From contig JANPJS010000164.1 in the NCBI GenBank assembly GCA_031425655.1, forward strand, positions 1 through 38,375: DNA of 38,375 nt, in the 5' to 3' direction. The DNA comes from Abditibacteriaceae bacterium (GTDB lineage: Bacteria > Armatimonadota > Abditibacteriia > Abditibacteriales > Abditibacteriaceae). Made by a program: the position numbers and the translations under genes. This document shows positions 1 to 9,862 of this stretch, piece by piece (position 1 is the first letter of the stretch; every line of letters begins with the position of its first letter). The notes under the pieces were generated by a model that saw nothing but the letters and a program-made list of their open reading frames with translations, searched no databases and was not told the origin of the DNA.

Positions 1-92
1 CGGCAAAGTCGCCCTGCGGCGACTAAAAACTCAGGAAATAGTCCGCGCAGGCGGACTTTGCCGCGTGGTTGCCGCGAATTTATTCGCCCGGC
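1..92. repeat. REP-like palindromic element, probably truncated by the window edge
   Basis: Two short GC-rich hairpins, AGTCGCCCTGCGGCGACT and AGTCCGCGCAGGCGGACT, enclosed by CGGCAAAGT...ACTTTGCCG and followed by GCGAATTTATTCGC; intergenic. Confidence 0.6.
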
Positions 93-298
93 ACTCAGGC
101 AAGGCCTCGAATAATTCCTATGCGTTTGCCCTGTCAAACCCGGCGACATCAGGCTGCCGGGCGTGATAAGATTGTCAGCGGCGCAGTTTTCGATTGCACG
201 CTGAAAAACAGGCGCAGAGTGCCCCAGCGCTCCGGCGCCTGTTTGATTTTTTCACCACTTTTTGATGCAACTAATGACCACATTGCGGAGGCCGAGAC

Positions 299-1873
299 GT
301 GGCGCGTGAGGCGATAGCGGTTGGCTTGGACATCGGCACAACAAAGGTTTGCACCGTTGTCGGACACGGCGATGCCTCCGGCAGAATTACGATCACCGGC
401 GTTGGGCTTGTGCCGTCACGCGGGATGCGTAAAGGCGTCGTCATTGATGTCGAAGACACCATCGCCGCCGTGCGCGATTCGGTCGAACGCGCGCGGCACA
501 TGGCCGGCTACGATTTCCGCTCGGTCTGTGCCGGCGTCACCGGCGACCATATTCAATCGTCGAATCTGCGCGGCACGATTACCGTCGCCGGCCCCGACGG
601 AACCATTACGCCCGAAGACGTGGAGCGCGTGCTGCAAGCGGCGGCTTTGGATGTGCCGCGCGACCGCGAAATTATTCATTCTCTGCCGCGCTACTTCGCC
701 GTGGACGGACAGCGCGGCGTGCGCCGCCCGGTAGGAATGCGCGGACGCCGCCTTGAAGTCGAAACCCACGTCGTGACCGGAACGGCCAGTTTTCTGCAAA
801 ACGTGGTGCAATGCGTCGAAGGCGCCAATCTCACGGTAGATTCGCTTGTCCTCGAACCGATTGCCACCAGCGAAGCCGTAGCCACCTCCGACGAGCGCGA
901 ACTGGGCGTGGCGCTGATTGACATTGGCGGCGGCACCAGCGACATCGCGGTTTTCGTCGAGGGCAGCATCGCGTTTTCGGGCGTGGTGCCGGTGGGCGGT
1001 CATCACGTTACGCGCGACATTTCCATCGGACTGCGCACGCCTTTCGACATCGCCGAGCGCCTGAAAATCGAGCGCGGCGTGGCTTCGCCAAATATGATTC
1101 AGCACGGCGAAGCGTTGGAAATCATGACGGCGGGCAGCGGCGAGCGATTGCGTTTGCCGCGCGCCGTTTTGGGCGAAATCATCGAAGCGCGCATGACTGA
1201 GCTTTTTGAAATGGCGCGCGATATGTTGGGCGATGCCGGCCTTTTGCATCGTCTGCCCGCCGGCGTAATTCTGACCGGAGGCGGCGCACTTTTGCCCGGC
1301 GGCTTGGAATTAGCCGGCGAAATTTTTCAAGCGCCGGTGCGCTTGGGCAAGCCGTTTTTCGTCGAAGGCTGGAGCGAACAAGTGGATTCACCGCAATTTT
1401 CCACCGCTGTCGGATTGCTGCGTTTTGCCTTGCGCCACAACGATCCCGCCGCGCAGGCTTTGCCTGCCGGCGCTTTAGCCGCTTCCGGGCCGCTGCTCGC
1501 CGCCAACCTGACTGCGCCGTCCGCGCCACAGCCGATTGCCGATTTCAATCGCCGCGCCTGGGGCGCTCCGGCCAGCGAACCGGCAGTCATGGAGACTGCA
1601 ACAGCGACCGTCGCAGAGCCAGCCGTGACAGCACCGGACAGCGTTACGAAGGGCGGCGATTTAGCAGACGGAGAAACTCCGTTCGACCGCGTGCCGCCAA
1701 AGTCCCTCAACGGGCAAACCAACACGAATAATTCTCTGGATGCCGCGCGCAAAGAGCGAGACGCTTTTATCTACGATCCTTACGACGAAGACCGCGAAGT
1801 CAAGCCGCCGCGCACGCTCTGGCAAAAAGCGCTGCACAAACTGCGCGAAATCATCGGTTTCGAGATGAATTAA
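299..1873 (+). CDS. ftsA: Cell division protein FtsA with a long disordered C-terminal linker
   Basis: Motifs GLDIGTTKV, DIGGGTSD, GG.HVT.DI, AERLK, IIEARM.E, LTGGG and STAVGLL; amphipathic C-terminal helix LWQKALHKLREIIGF. GTG start preceded by GGAGG. Confidence 0.96.
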   Translation: MAREAIAVGLDIGTTKVCTVVGHGDASGRITITGVGLVPSRGMRKGVVIDVEDTIAAVRDSVERARHMAGYDFRSVCAGVTGDHIQSSNLRGTITVAGPDGTITPEDVERVLQAAALDVPRDREIIHSLPRYFAVDGQRGVRRPVGMRGRRLEVETHVVTGTASFLQNVVQCVEGANLTVDSLVLEPIATSEAVATSDERELGVALIDIGGGTSDIAVFVEGSIAFSGVVPVGGHHVTRDISIGLRTPFDIAERLKIERGVASPNMIQHGEALEIMTAGSGERLRLPRAVLGEIIEARMTELFEMARDMLGDAGLLHRLPAGVILTGGGALLPGGLELAGEIFQAPVRLGKPFFVEGWSEQVDSPQFSTAVGLLRFALRHNDPAAQALPAGALAASGPLLAANLTAPSAPQPIADFNRRAWGAPASEPAVMETATATVAEPAVTAPDSVTKGGDLADGETPFDRVPPKSLNGQTNTNNSLDAARKERDAFIYDPYDEDREVKPPRTLWQKALHKLREIIGFEMN

Positions 1874-1893
1874 GTAATTTTGAGTTTTGCGCT

Positions 1894-1979
1894 ATGTAGG
1901 GGCGCAACAGGTTGCGCCCTGTTCTGCGGCCCCGTTACAAGGGCGCAATCCGCCCAAAGGGCACCCGGCGCCCCTACAT
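1894..1979. repeat. GTAG-type REP doublet (inverted pair)
   Basis: ATGTAGGGGCGCAAC...GTTGCGCCCT followed by AGGGCG...GCGCCCCTACAT; 12-bp terminal inverted repeat starting with GTAG. Confidence 0.75.
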
Positions 1980-1993
1980 TCCAGTTCCCTTTC

Positions 1994-3175
1994 ATGCAAC
2001 AATTCACGCCCCTGCCGCTCCGCGCTCGTAGCGTGTTGGAACTGATAGACACCGCGCTCAAAGTCTACAAGCAGTATTTTCTGGTGCTTCTGGGCTGGTC
2101 GGCGGGAATGCATTTTATCGGCGTTTTGCCGGCGATTTCGCCGCTTTTGGCCTGGATCGGCTATCTGGCGTTTTTGCTCACGCCCTTAAAACTCAGCGTG
2201 GCGGCTTGCTGCATCGCGGGCGCGGTGCGCGGTCAAAACGTGACCTTCGCGCAATGTTGGGAGTTCAGCAAACCACGCTTCGGCGCCATGCTGGGCTGGC
2301 TCATCCTCGCGGGCATTATCGGCTTCCTCGGCTTTCTGCTGACAATGGTGCCGGGCGCCATGTTGATGGGTGCCGTCGCGGTGGGAGCCGGTGCTGCCGG
2401 AAGTAGCGCAGGCAGTGCCGTCGGCATCGCGGGCATGGTTTTCGGGTTCATGCTGTTCTTCTTGGCCATCAGTTTCGGCATGGTTTTCATGTTTTCGTGG
2501 GCTTACATGGTGCCGCTTGTGGTGTGCATGGAAGAAGGTCGCGCGGCACAAGGCCCGATGGCGCGCACATGGGAGCTGCTGCGCGGGCAGTGGGGCCGGC
2601 TCACGGGCTTGATGATGGTATTGGGCATGGCCGTGATGATGATTATGCTCTCAATGGGCGCGGCGGCTACGTGGAGCATGGGTTTCGAGCAGTTGCGCCA
2701 ATCCATTACCGGCGGCAACCCATCGCCGGAATTTCTGCGCCAAATTATGGGCGCCAGCATCGGCATCAGTTTCATTATGATGTTCTTCGAGCCGGCCATG
2801 ATGCTGGCCCTCGTGCTGTTTTATTTGGACGTGCGCGTGCGAAAAGAAGCCCTCGATCTCGAATGGAGCGCGCATCAAACCCAGCCGGTCGAGGCTGCGC
2901 TTTCCGCTGCATATCAGCCTGCGCCGATGGCATCGCCCGGCGTTTTTCCCAGCCCCGCCGAGCCGCTGAGCGCGCCGCAAGAAGCTTTGGCAGCGCCCGC
3001 GCCGTCCGCCGTGCCGTGGCAAAGCCTGGTCGAAGAAACGCCGCCTTCATCGCCGGTTAACGCGCCTTTGCCCGGCGAGGTTGCCACGCTGGCGTGCCCG
3101 AAGTGCGGCGCGCTTTTGCCCGCGACTTCGACGTTTTGCATGACTTGCGGCGCGCTCTTGAAAAGCGACGTTTGA
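1994..3175 (+). CDS. Multi-pass membrane protein with a Pro/Ala-rich tail and C-terminal zinc ribbon
   Basis: PLRARSVLELID N-terminus, hydrophobic helices and YLDVRVRKEALDL are typical of the membrane protein in MoxR/DUF4129/DUF4350 clusters; CPKC...CMTC. Start moved to ATG 1994 because the longer ORF reads through a REP. Confidence 0.75.
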   Translation: MQQFTPLPLRARSVLELIDTALKVYKQYFLVLLGWSAGMHFIGVLPAISPLLAWIGYLAFLLTPLKLSVAACCIAGAVRGQNVTFAQCWEFSKPRFGAMLGWLILAGIIGFLGFLLTMVPGAMLMGAVAVGAGAAGSSAGSAVGIAGMVFGFMLFFLAISFGMVFMFSWAYMVPLVVCMEEGRAAQGPMARTWELLRGQWGRLTGLMMVLGMAVMMIMLSMGAAATWSMGFEQLRQSITGGNPSPEFLRQIMGASIGISFIMMFFEPAMMLALVLFYLDVRVRKEALDLEWSAHQTQPVEAALSAAYQPAPMASPGVFPSPAEPLSAPQEALAAPAPSAVPWQSLVEETPPSSPVNAPLPGEVATLACPKCGALLPATSTFCMTCGALLKSDV

Positions 3176-3187
3176 TTACCAAAAGCC

Positions 3188-4264
3188 ATGCAACGCGCGC
3201 TGCTAATGCTCTGGATATTGTGTGTGCCGATAGCGGCGCACGCCAAACTGCCGACGCCCGCGCCGATAACCGCCGAGCAATATCGCGCCGATTTACAACG
3301 CGCCGCCGCCAAGTTGCGCGCGATGGAAAGCACGCCGCAGCGCCCTTTGGCTTCGCTTTTGACACCTCTGAGCGGCGATAAAAAAGTGCGCCGTGCCGAT
3401 GGCGCAACGCAAATCGCAAGCGGCGACGAGTGGCAGCGGCGCGCTCTTGAAGCGCCGGGCAACGCCACGGTCGCTCAAGTCAAAGCGGCCCGCTCCGGCC
3501 TCGAAGCGCGCCTAAATTCGTTGGACGAATGGCAGCGCCGCGATGCCAACGGCGCTTATTTCGCGGGCGCCGATGCGCAAACGCGCTTCAATCAAATCAA
3601 AAACAGCGGCGCGATTCGCACGGGGCCAACGGCGCTCGAAGATTGGTGGAGCCGCACCAAAAAATCGTTCTACGACTTCTGGAAAAAGCTGGCGGGTTGG
3701 ATGATCTCAAAAACCCCGGCGCCGTCGTCGCGCGTGCCGGTCATTGATCCCCTGTGGATTAAGGCGCTGTTTATCGCATCGGTTTTGGCGTTGCTCGGCG
3801 TGATTGGGGTTTTGGTGTGGCGCACTTTTGGAAATTCGTTCGCGCGCCGCGCGCCACGCCGCGCCGACGAAGTTTTGAGCGACGATGAAGCCCTGCTGCG
3901 CCTGCCGCCCGATGAATTGCTCGAACGTGCCCGCGCCTTCGCCCGCGCCGGCGATTTCCGCGAAGCTCTGCGTCACGTTTACATCCGCCTCTTGCTGCAA
4001 CTCGACGCGCGCGGCGTGTGGCGCTACGATGCGCGCCGCACCAACTGGGAACACATCGAACTGCTGCGCCGCCACGCGGCGCATTCGGCTCTGGCCGCGC
4101 CTTTGGCCGACTTAACGCGCCGTTTCGACCGCGTGCGCTACGGTGGCGCTGCGTGCGATAACACCGATTGGAATCGCTTCGAGAGCGATGCTTTTGCCGT
4201 CGAGGAGGCAGTAGGCGGAGGCAGTAAGCCGACGGCAGTGAGCAAGAGGCAGACGGCAGAATAA
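3188..4264 (+). CDS. DUF4129 domain-containing membrane protein
   Basis: Signal peptide, one TM helix, then GDFREALR..Y...L..L, RTNWE and FDRVRYG signature; located upstream of moxR. Confidence 0.85.
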   Translation: MQRALLMLWILCVPIAAHAKLPTPAPITAEQYRADLQRAAAKLRAMESTPQRPLASLLTPLSGDKKVRRADGATQIASGDEWQRRALEAPGNATVAQVKAARSGLEARLNSLDEWQRRDANGAYFAGADAQTRFNQIKNSGAIRTGPTALEDWWSRTKKSFYDFWKKLAGWMISKTPAPSSRVPVIDPLWIKALFIASVLALLGVIGVLVWRTFGNSFARRAPRRADEVLSDDEALLRLPPDELLERARAFARAGDFREALRHVYIRLLLQLDARGVWRYDARRTNWEHIELLRRHAAHSALAAPLADLTRRFDRVRYGGAACDNTDWNRFESDAFAVEEAVGGGSKPTAVSKRQTAE

Positions 4265-4404
4265 TGGCAAAACTTCATCGAAGCTTCGTTTCCGACTGTG
4301 TAAATTGCCTATCGCACTGCGGCATTGCCGTCTGCCTCCTGCTCACCGCCGTCGGCCATCTGCCTACTGCCGTCTGCCTCCTGCTCACCGCCGCCCACCT
4401 TCTG
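4203..4404. repeat. Degenerate heptamer tandem-repeat palindrome (GGCAGTA/GGCAGAC ... TGCCGTC/TGCCTAC)
   Basis: A run of ~7-bp units GGCAG(T/A)N is followed by reverse-complement units; it overlaps the last ~20 codons of the DUF4129 gene. Confidence 0.7.
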
Positions 4405-4406
4405 AA

Positions 4407-5633
4407 ATGAAATCACGTTTACAGCCCACGCATATTTTGGTCATCGTGCTTTTGGTGGCGACGCTGGTTTTGGGCGCGTTGTCGCAGAAGCGCGAGCAGG
4501 CCGAACTGCCGTGGCCCCGCGCGCAGTTCAGCGATAGCACGCCATTGGGCGGCAAAGGTTTACGCCTGCTTTTCGAGTGGCTGGGCTATCCGGTGCGGCG
4601 CGTGGACAGGCCTCTGCAAAAAATGCCCGCCGATGCCCGCGTCTGGGTTTTACTCGACTACCGAACCACGTTTTCGCGCGCCGAATCGCGCCAATTGCAG
4701 GATTGGGTCAAGAACGGCGGCACCTTACTTTTTGCTGTGCCGCCGTCTGGAGCTGATATTACAGAGTTGGGCGAAGTCCATCATCCGGGCCTCGAACTGA
4801 AAAAACAACTTGACATCGAGAGCATCAACAATTTGAAATGGACGTGGGAAGCCCTGCCGCCTCTTGCGCCGCTGACGCCGGGGGCGCCGGGCAATTATTG
4901 GAGCGATGCGAAGGCAGCGTCAGCCTCACACAGCACAGCGAACATAAAAAAAGGCCGCGTTTTAGAAATCGCAGGCGCCGTGAAAGGCACACAGTTGGCG
5001 CGCCTCGATTTGGGCAAAGGCCGCATCTTCGTGGCCGCCGACGCGCTGCTTTTCACCAATTACGCGCTCGATTCGCCCGACAACGCGACTTTGGTGACGA
5101 ATTTAGTGCGCGCCCACGTTCAGCCGTCGCCAAATGCTGCGATTTACTTCGACGAGCGGCATCACGGCGAAAGCGTGGCGGATGGCGACGCTGAAAAGCG
5201 GTCGTGGGCTTATTATTTGTGGCAGCCGCCGCTGCGTTTTGCCGTTTTGCAAGTGCTTTTCGCCGCGCTATTAACGTGGATGCTCTTCGGGCGCCGACTG
5301 GGCGCGCCCGTGCCATTGCCCGACAACGATCCCGTCACGCGCGCTTCGCATTTCGCGCAGGCGATGGGCGCGTTATTGCATAAAGGCAAACGCCCGCGCG
5401 TAATCGCCGAAATTTTAGGCGACGAGTTTCGACGCAATCTGGCGGGGCGTCTGGGAATGTCGCCGCACGACAGCGACGAAGTTTTGGCCGCTCGCGCCGC
5501 GCAAGTCGCCAATTTGCCCGCCGAACACGTTTTGCGCTTGCTGCGCGTGGCAAAATCGCCAACTGAAAACGAAGACGCGCTGCTCAACGAAGTGCAGCAA
5601 ATGGAAAGCGTTATGAGGAAACTTTCACGATAA
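4407..5633 (+). CDS. DUF4350 domain-containing membrane protein
   Basis: N-terminal TM, P.GGKGL, WVKNGGTL, GKGRI, FTNYAL...DNA, FDE.HHG and GRRLG motifs; start ATG 4407, after the repeat. Confidence 0.85.
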   Translation: MKSRLQPTHILVIVLLVATLVLGALSQKREQAELPWPRAQFSDSTPLGGKGLRLLFEWLGYPVRRVDRPLQKMPADARVWVLLDYRTTFSRAESRQLQDWVKNGGTLLFAVPPSGADITELGEVHHPGLELKKQLDIESINNLKWTWEALPPLAPLTPGAPGNYWSDAKAASASHSTANIKKGRVLEIAGAVKGTQLARLDLGKGRIFVAADALLFTNYALDSPDNATLVTNLVRAHVQPSPNAAIYFDERHHGESVADGDAEKRSWAYYLWQPPLRFAVLQVLFAALLTWMLFGRRLGAPVPLPDNDPVTRASHFAQAMGALLHKGKRPRVIAEILGDEFRRNLAGRLGMSPHDSDEVLAARAAQVANLPAEHVLRLLRVAKSPTENEDALLNEVQQMESVMRKLSR

Positions 5634-6661
5634 TGGAAAACGAATATTCGCCCGCCCTACCGCCCGGAACCGGCGACGAAAAAACCAGCAATGAAATCGT
5701 GGCCGGCACCACGGCGCCGGTCAAGCAGCTCACCGATGCGGTGCGCGCCGAAGTCGCCAAAGCGGTCGTCGGGCAAGACGGCGTCATCACGCAGTTTTTG
5801 ATGGCAATTTTGGCGCGCGGCCACGTTTTGCTCGAAGGCGTGCCCGGCGTGGCCAAAACCCTGACCGCCAAAGCCCTTTCGCACGCTATTGACGCGCCGT
5901 TCAAGCGCATTCAATTCACGCCCGATTTGATGCCGTCGGATGTGCTTGGCACCAACATTTTCGACGCGCGCACTGCGGAATTCACCCTCCGCGAAGGCCC
6001 GGTTTTCACGGGCCTTTTGTTGGCCGACGAAATTAATCGCACGCCGCCCAAAACACAGGCGGCCCTGCTCGAAGCGATGCAGGAACGGCGCGTCACCATT
6101 GACGGGCAAAGTCATCGTTTGCCCGCATCGTTCACAGTTTTCGCAACGCAAAACCCGGTCGAATACGAAGGCACTTATCCCCTACCCGAAGCGCAGATAG
6201 ACCGATTTCTTATTAAAGTGCTCATGACATATCCGTCCACCGAAGAAGAAGTGGCCTTGCTGACGCGCGTGCATCACGGTTTCGACGCGCACGAGTTGGC
6301 CTCGGCAGGTTTGCGCGCCGTCGCCGATGAAGCGGCGTTATCGCGCGCCCGCGACGCGGTGCAAAAAGTCACGGTCAGCGACGGCGTGCTGCGTTACATT
6401 CAGCAAATCGTGGCGCGCACGCGCTCGCTGCCAACACTAACACTCGGCGCCAGCCCGCGAGCCGGAATCGCCATGCTGGAATGTTCCAAAGCCTTAGCCG
6501 CCATGTATGGCCGCGATTACGTCATTCCCGAAGACGTGAAAACTGTGGCGCCGCCGGTCTTGCGCCATCGCGTCTTGCTGCGCGCCGAAGCCGAAATGGA
6601 AGGCCTCCGCCCCGATGATGTCGTGCATTCGGTCGTCGGCGCCGTCGAAGTGCCGCGCTGA
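5633..6661 (+). CDS. moxR: MoxR family AAA+ ATPase
   Basis: GHVLLEGVPGVAKT, RIQFTPDLMPSD, LLADEINR, ATQNPVEYEGTYPLPEAQIDRF and GASPR; start overlaps the upstream stop (TAATG). Confidence 0.96.
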   Translation: MENEYSPALPPGTGDEKTSNEIVAGTTAPVKQLTDAVRAEVAKAVVGQDGVITQFLMAILARGHVLLEGVPGVAKTLTAKALSHAIDAPFKRIQFTPDLMPSDVLGTNIFDARTAEFTLREGPVFTGLLLADEINRTPPKTQAALLEAMQERRVTIDGQSHRLPASFTVFATQNPVEYEGTYPLPEAQIDRFLIKVLMTYPSTEEEVALLTRVHHGFDAHELASAGLRAVADEAALSRARDAVQKVTVSDGVLRYIQQIVARTRSLPTLTLGASPRAGIAMLECSKALAAMYGRDYVIPEDVKTVAPPVLRHRVLLRAEAEMEGLRPDDVVHSVVGAVEVPR

Positions 6662-6662
6662 G

Positions 6663-6773
6663 GAGGGATGAGGGCGGAAGGATGAGGGATGAAAATACGC
6701 CTGCGACGGGAATTTCCAACGGCGCAAAGCGCCGACTTTCATCCCTCCGCCCTCATCTCTCCGCCCTTATCCC
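6663..6773. repeat. Heptamer tandem-repeat palindrome (GAGGGAT/GAGGGCG ... ATCCCTC/CGCCCTC)
   Basis: About four units, a spacer, then about five inverted units, between convergent moxR and cdsA; contains the cdsA stop codon. Confidence 0.8.
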
Positions 6774-8017
6774 ACGAGTAGAAGCTGCGCGTAAATATAC
6801 ACCGCGAAGACGGCAAAAAGCAGCGAATCGCAGCGGTCGAGGATGCCGCCGTGTCCTGGCAGGCAGCCGCCCAAATCTTTGACGCCTAATTCGCGCTTCC
6901 AAAACGATTCCGCAAGGTCGCCTAAGGGCGCCGCCAAAGCGATGAGCACGCCTAACGCCAATCCGTGACGCAGCTCGATTTCTAACAAGCGCGCCATCGG
7001 CACGCAGACGGCAATCGTCGCGGTCAGGCCAGCGACGGCGCCTTCCCATGTTTTGCCCGGTGATAATGGCGTGAGTTTTTCCTTGCCCATCATACGCCCG
7101 GCGAAATAAGCGACGGTATCGCCCGACCACACTGCGATTAAAGTCAGCCACAGCAGCGACGGGCCAAGTTGCGGCATGGCTTCGCCGGGCGGCGTGAAAC
7201 TGAAATCGGGTTCTGCGGCAAAATCGGGCCATGTCAAAGCGCGCAGCAGGATAACGAACACGAACAAACCGGCGTAAAGCGTGGAAAGCAGCGTCAACGC
7301 GATGGATTGCAGCGATAATCGCTGCTGGCGCGGATAGCGCAGCACGCCTTCGACGAGCAATCCGATGAGCAAAACGAATGGCAAAATCCAGATGAGCAAA
7401 GCGCCTGCGCGCGAGCCGCCCGCCGTGAAGCGTTGCGCAAAGAGCAGCACCAGCAGCGCTGGATAAGCCAGTCCGCGCACAAGAGCAAACCCGCCTTGAC
7501 GCAACGCGCCTCCCAATTCGCGCAGCGAAAGCAGCGCCAAAATCGCTATCACGAGATTGAAGGTCGTCGGCCCAATGTGCCACACCAGCCCCGCCACGAT
7601 GGGAATACCGATAAGCGCCGTGACTACGCGCAAGAACAGATTCGATTTTTCTTTCGGCAGCGCAGGACGCACGACTTCGCCTTGAATCGGCACGACCGGC
7701 GGCACCTCGGCTGGCGGAGGCGGAGGAGGAGCAGTGAAATTCTCGCTGGGGGAAACCGTTTCCCAAGATGGAAAAGCCGTTTTCTCGGTCGCAGAAGCCG
7801 CTTGCTCATCGGAAAAAGTGGTTTCCACGGTCGGATTGGCCACTTTCTCAGTGAAAGAAACGGCTTCTTCAACGGGAAATGCCGTCTCGTTCGGCAAAAC
7901 CACATTTTCGAAGGGGGAAGTAGTTTTTTCAGGCGCAGAGTGCGCTTTGTCAGTCGGCAAACCGGCGTTTTCCGGTGTGACATCGGGTGGTTCAATCGGG
8001 TTCGGTTGGTGTTCCAT
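6767..8017 (-). CDS. cdsA: Phosphatidate cytidylyltransferase with an acidic/Pro-rich N-terminal extension
   Basis: DTVAYFAG, SPGKTWEG, GDLAES..KR..GVKD and PGHGGILDRCDS motifs. Confidence 0.95.
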   Translation of the reverse strand: MEHQPNPIEPPDVTPENAGLPTDKAHSAPEKTTSPFENVVLPNETAFPVEEAVSFTEKVANPTVETTFSDEQAASATEKTAFPSWETVSPSENFTAPPPPPPAEVPPVVPIQGEVVRPALPKEKSNLFLRVVTALIGIPIVAGLVWHIGPTTFNLVIAILALLSLRELGGALRQGGFALVRGLAYPALLVLLFAQRFTAGGSRAGALLIWILPFVLLIGLLVEGVLRYPRQQRLSLQSIALTLLSTLYAGLFVFVILLRALTWPDFAAEPDFSFTPPGEAMPQLGPSLLWLTLIAVWSGDTVAYFAGRMMGKEKLTPLSPGKTWEGAVAGLTATIAVCVPMARLLEIELRHGLALGVLIALAAPLGDLAESFWKRELGVKDLGGCLPGHGGILDRCDSLLFAVFAVYIYAQLLLVG

Positions 8018-8966
8018 GCGAGGGTTCGGAATCCGTGTCGGGAATGCGCGCGGCAGCTTGCGTCAGTTCGTAAGCGGCGACGGCTTCGGCGCAGACCAAA
8101 ATAATCAGGGACGAAAAATAAATCCACAGCAGCGTCAGCACAACGCCGGCGACGCTGCCATAAGTCGTTTCGTAGCGGCTCAAGTTTCCCAGAAACGCGC
8201 TAAAAAGCCACTTGGCGCCTTCCCAGAGCAGCGCCGCTAAAATCGCCGCGCCAATCGCGGCGCGCCGCCGTTGAGGCGAACGGCGATTCGGCAAAAAATA
8301 ATACAGCATCCAGAACATCACGACCGTGAGCAGCCAACCCACGATGGCGCTGACCGAACCCCAAAAATAGGGAATGTGATCATCCAGTTGCAGCGGCAAA
8401 TAACCGCTCAGGCTGCGCGCAATACGCACGGCAAAAGTGGCAGCATTGGAGAGAATCCACAACAGCCCGGCGCCGATGAAAGTGCTCCACAGCACGCGCT
8501 GATGCTCCCAGAACCAGCGCGGCTGCGTGTTCGGCCACACGTTGTTGAGAACGGACGCCAGAGTATCGAAATAAGCGCGCCCGCTCCACAAAAGCGGCAC
8601 GATGGCCAGCACGCCCAATGCCGTCGGGTTGGAGCGCCCGGCTAAACCCGCGATCACTTGCGCCAATTCGCTCGACATGGCGTTGCCCGCCGCGCCCGGA
8701 AAAAAGCCTTGAACCCAACTTTGCAAACCTGTGATGGCGCGCGTGTCGTGCGCCAAAAACCGCGCGATAATCGCCACCGCCGCCAAAGTGATGGGAAAAA
8801 GCGAAAGCAATCCGAAAAACGCCAGCGCGCCGGCTACCAGCGCGCATTGATGCTCGTTGTAGCGCTCGACAAATTTCCACCCAAAATGCGCCGCCCACGC
8901 CAAACGCGGACGCCCGCGCAAATACGGGCGCGCGGCTTCGGGCAACGGTTCAAGCAAAGCATTCAT
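7992..8966 (-). CDS. YihY/virulence factor BrkB family membrane protein
   Basis: AGALAFFGLLSLFP, LYYFLPN and YGSVAGVV..LLWIY.S..IILV motifs. Confidence 0.9.
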   Translation of the reverse strand: MNALLEPLPEAARPYLRGRPRLAWAAHFGWKFVERYNEHQCALVAGALAFFGLLSLFPITLAAVAIIARFLAHDTRAITGLQSWVQGFFPGAAGNAMSSELAQVIAGLAGRSNPTALGVLAIVPLLWSGRAYFDTLASVLNNVWPNTQPRWFWEHQRVLWSTFIGAGLLWILSNAATFAVRIARSLSGYLPLQLDDHIPYFWGSVSAIVGWLLTVVMFWMLYYFLPNRRSPQRRRAAIGAAILAALLWEGAKWLFSAFLGNLSRYETTYGSVAGVVLTLLWIYFSSLIILVCAEAVAAYELTQAAARIPDTDSEPSHGTPTEPD

Positions 8967-8969
8967 CGT

Positions 8970-9004
8970 TGGAATTTAGAATGTGGAATTTAGAATGTGG
9001 AATC
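8970..9004. repeat. Heptamer tandem repeat TGGAATT/TAGAATG, five units, no inverted arm
   Basis: TGGAATT TAGAATG TGGAATT TAGAATG TGGAATC fills the intergenic gap. Confidence 0.75.
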
Positions 9005-9620
9005 ACCGCGCGCACACAACGCCGCCCGGCGTGACCACGAAGTCCATCGCAATATCGTGGGGTTCACGCGGCACGGCAGGGATAATTTGCTCTACGAAAG
9101 CGATGCCAATTTTCACGGCTTGCGGAAAACGGGCCAGAGCGCGATCATACCATCCGCCGCCAAAACCGAGACGCCCACCGTTTCGGTCGAAAAACAGTCC
9201 GGGAACGAAAATAACGCTCGGCGCGATTTCGCGCGTTTCAGTCGAAGGCTCGCGCACACCAAAGCGCCCGATTGTCACCGCGTCCAGACTTTCCAACGGC
9301 GCGAAGTAATTTCCACGCGGCGCGGATACCAAGATAGCACGTTCGAGAAGTTGTGCGATAAACCGGTCAATGTTCGCTTCATACGGCGTAGCGAGATAAG
9401 CAGCGACCGTGATGTCAGCTTTAGATTCAAAAAGCGTCCTGAGCGGAGAAGACAGCGGAGAATACATTAGGCGGGCATAAATCATTGCCGATTCCGCCGC
9501 GCGCTCGGTTTCGTTCAACGCGGCGCGAATGGCGCGGCCCTGCGCGCGAAGGCGCTTTTTGGCGGCGATAATATCGGCGCGCGAAGCATCGGGAACGACA
9601 GGCGAATCGAAGTCGGGCAT
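9003..9620 (-). CDS. ygfA: 5-formyltetrahydrofolate cyclo-ligase
   Basis: K..LR, GVREP, VPGLFFDRNGGRLGFGGGWYDR and EPHDIAMD..VT motifs; start placed at ATG 9620 (MPDFD). Confidence 0.93.
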   Translation of the reverse strand: MPDFDSPVVPDASRADIIAAKKRLRAQGRAIRAALNETERAAESAMIYARLMYSPLSSPLRTLFESKADITVAAYLATPYEANIDRFIAQLLERAILVSAPRGNYFAPLESLDAVTIGRFGVREPSTETREIAPSVIFVPGLFFDRNGGRLGFGGGWYDRALARFPQAVKIGIAFVEQIIPAVPREPHDIAMDFVVTPGGVVCAR

Positions 9621-9654
9621 AGCGTTTTCGTTGCGTGAGGGCTGTCGCTGTGTT

Positions 9655-9660
9655 ATTATA
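9655..9660 (-). promoter_or_regulatory. Putative -10 box (TATAAT) for the cyclo-ligase/yihY/cdsA unit
   Basis: Perfect TATAAT on the minus strand ~35 bp upstream of ATG 9620; no convincing -35. Confidence 0.45.
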
Positions 9661-9862
9661 CGTTGACGGCGCCCGCAGTTCTTTGCAGTTTGCAGCGCCG
9701 ATTTTTCGTCCCGACGGCCATGCCGCCGGACACGAGCCGGAACTTCCGGCTTCTCCTCGCTGAGTTGATTTGAAACCGAATGCGCCATGCGGCGCCTTCG
9801 GTTTTTTGTTACCCGGCGCAGGGCGAGAAACACAATATTTCAGGTTTTCAGGAGGCCAAACA

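Noticed and set aside
9621..9862. 6S RNA upstream of the cyclo-ligase gene, a common arrangement
   Set aside because: No long rod-like self-complementarity is evident, and a TATAAT box lies only ~35 bp from the start codon. An Rfam covariance search would settle it.
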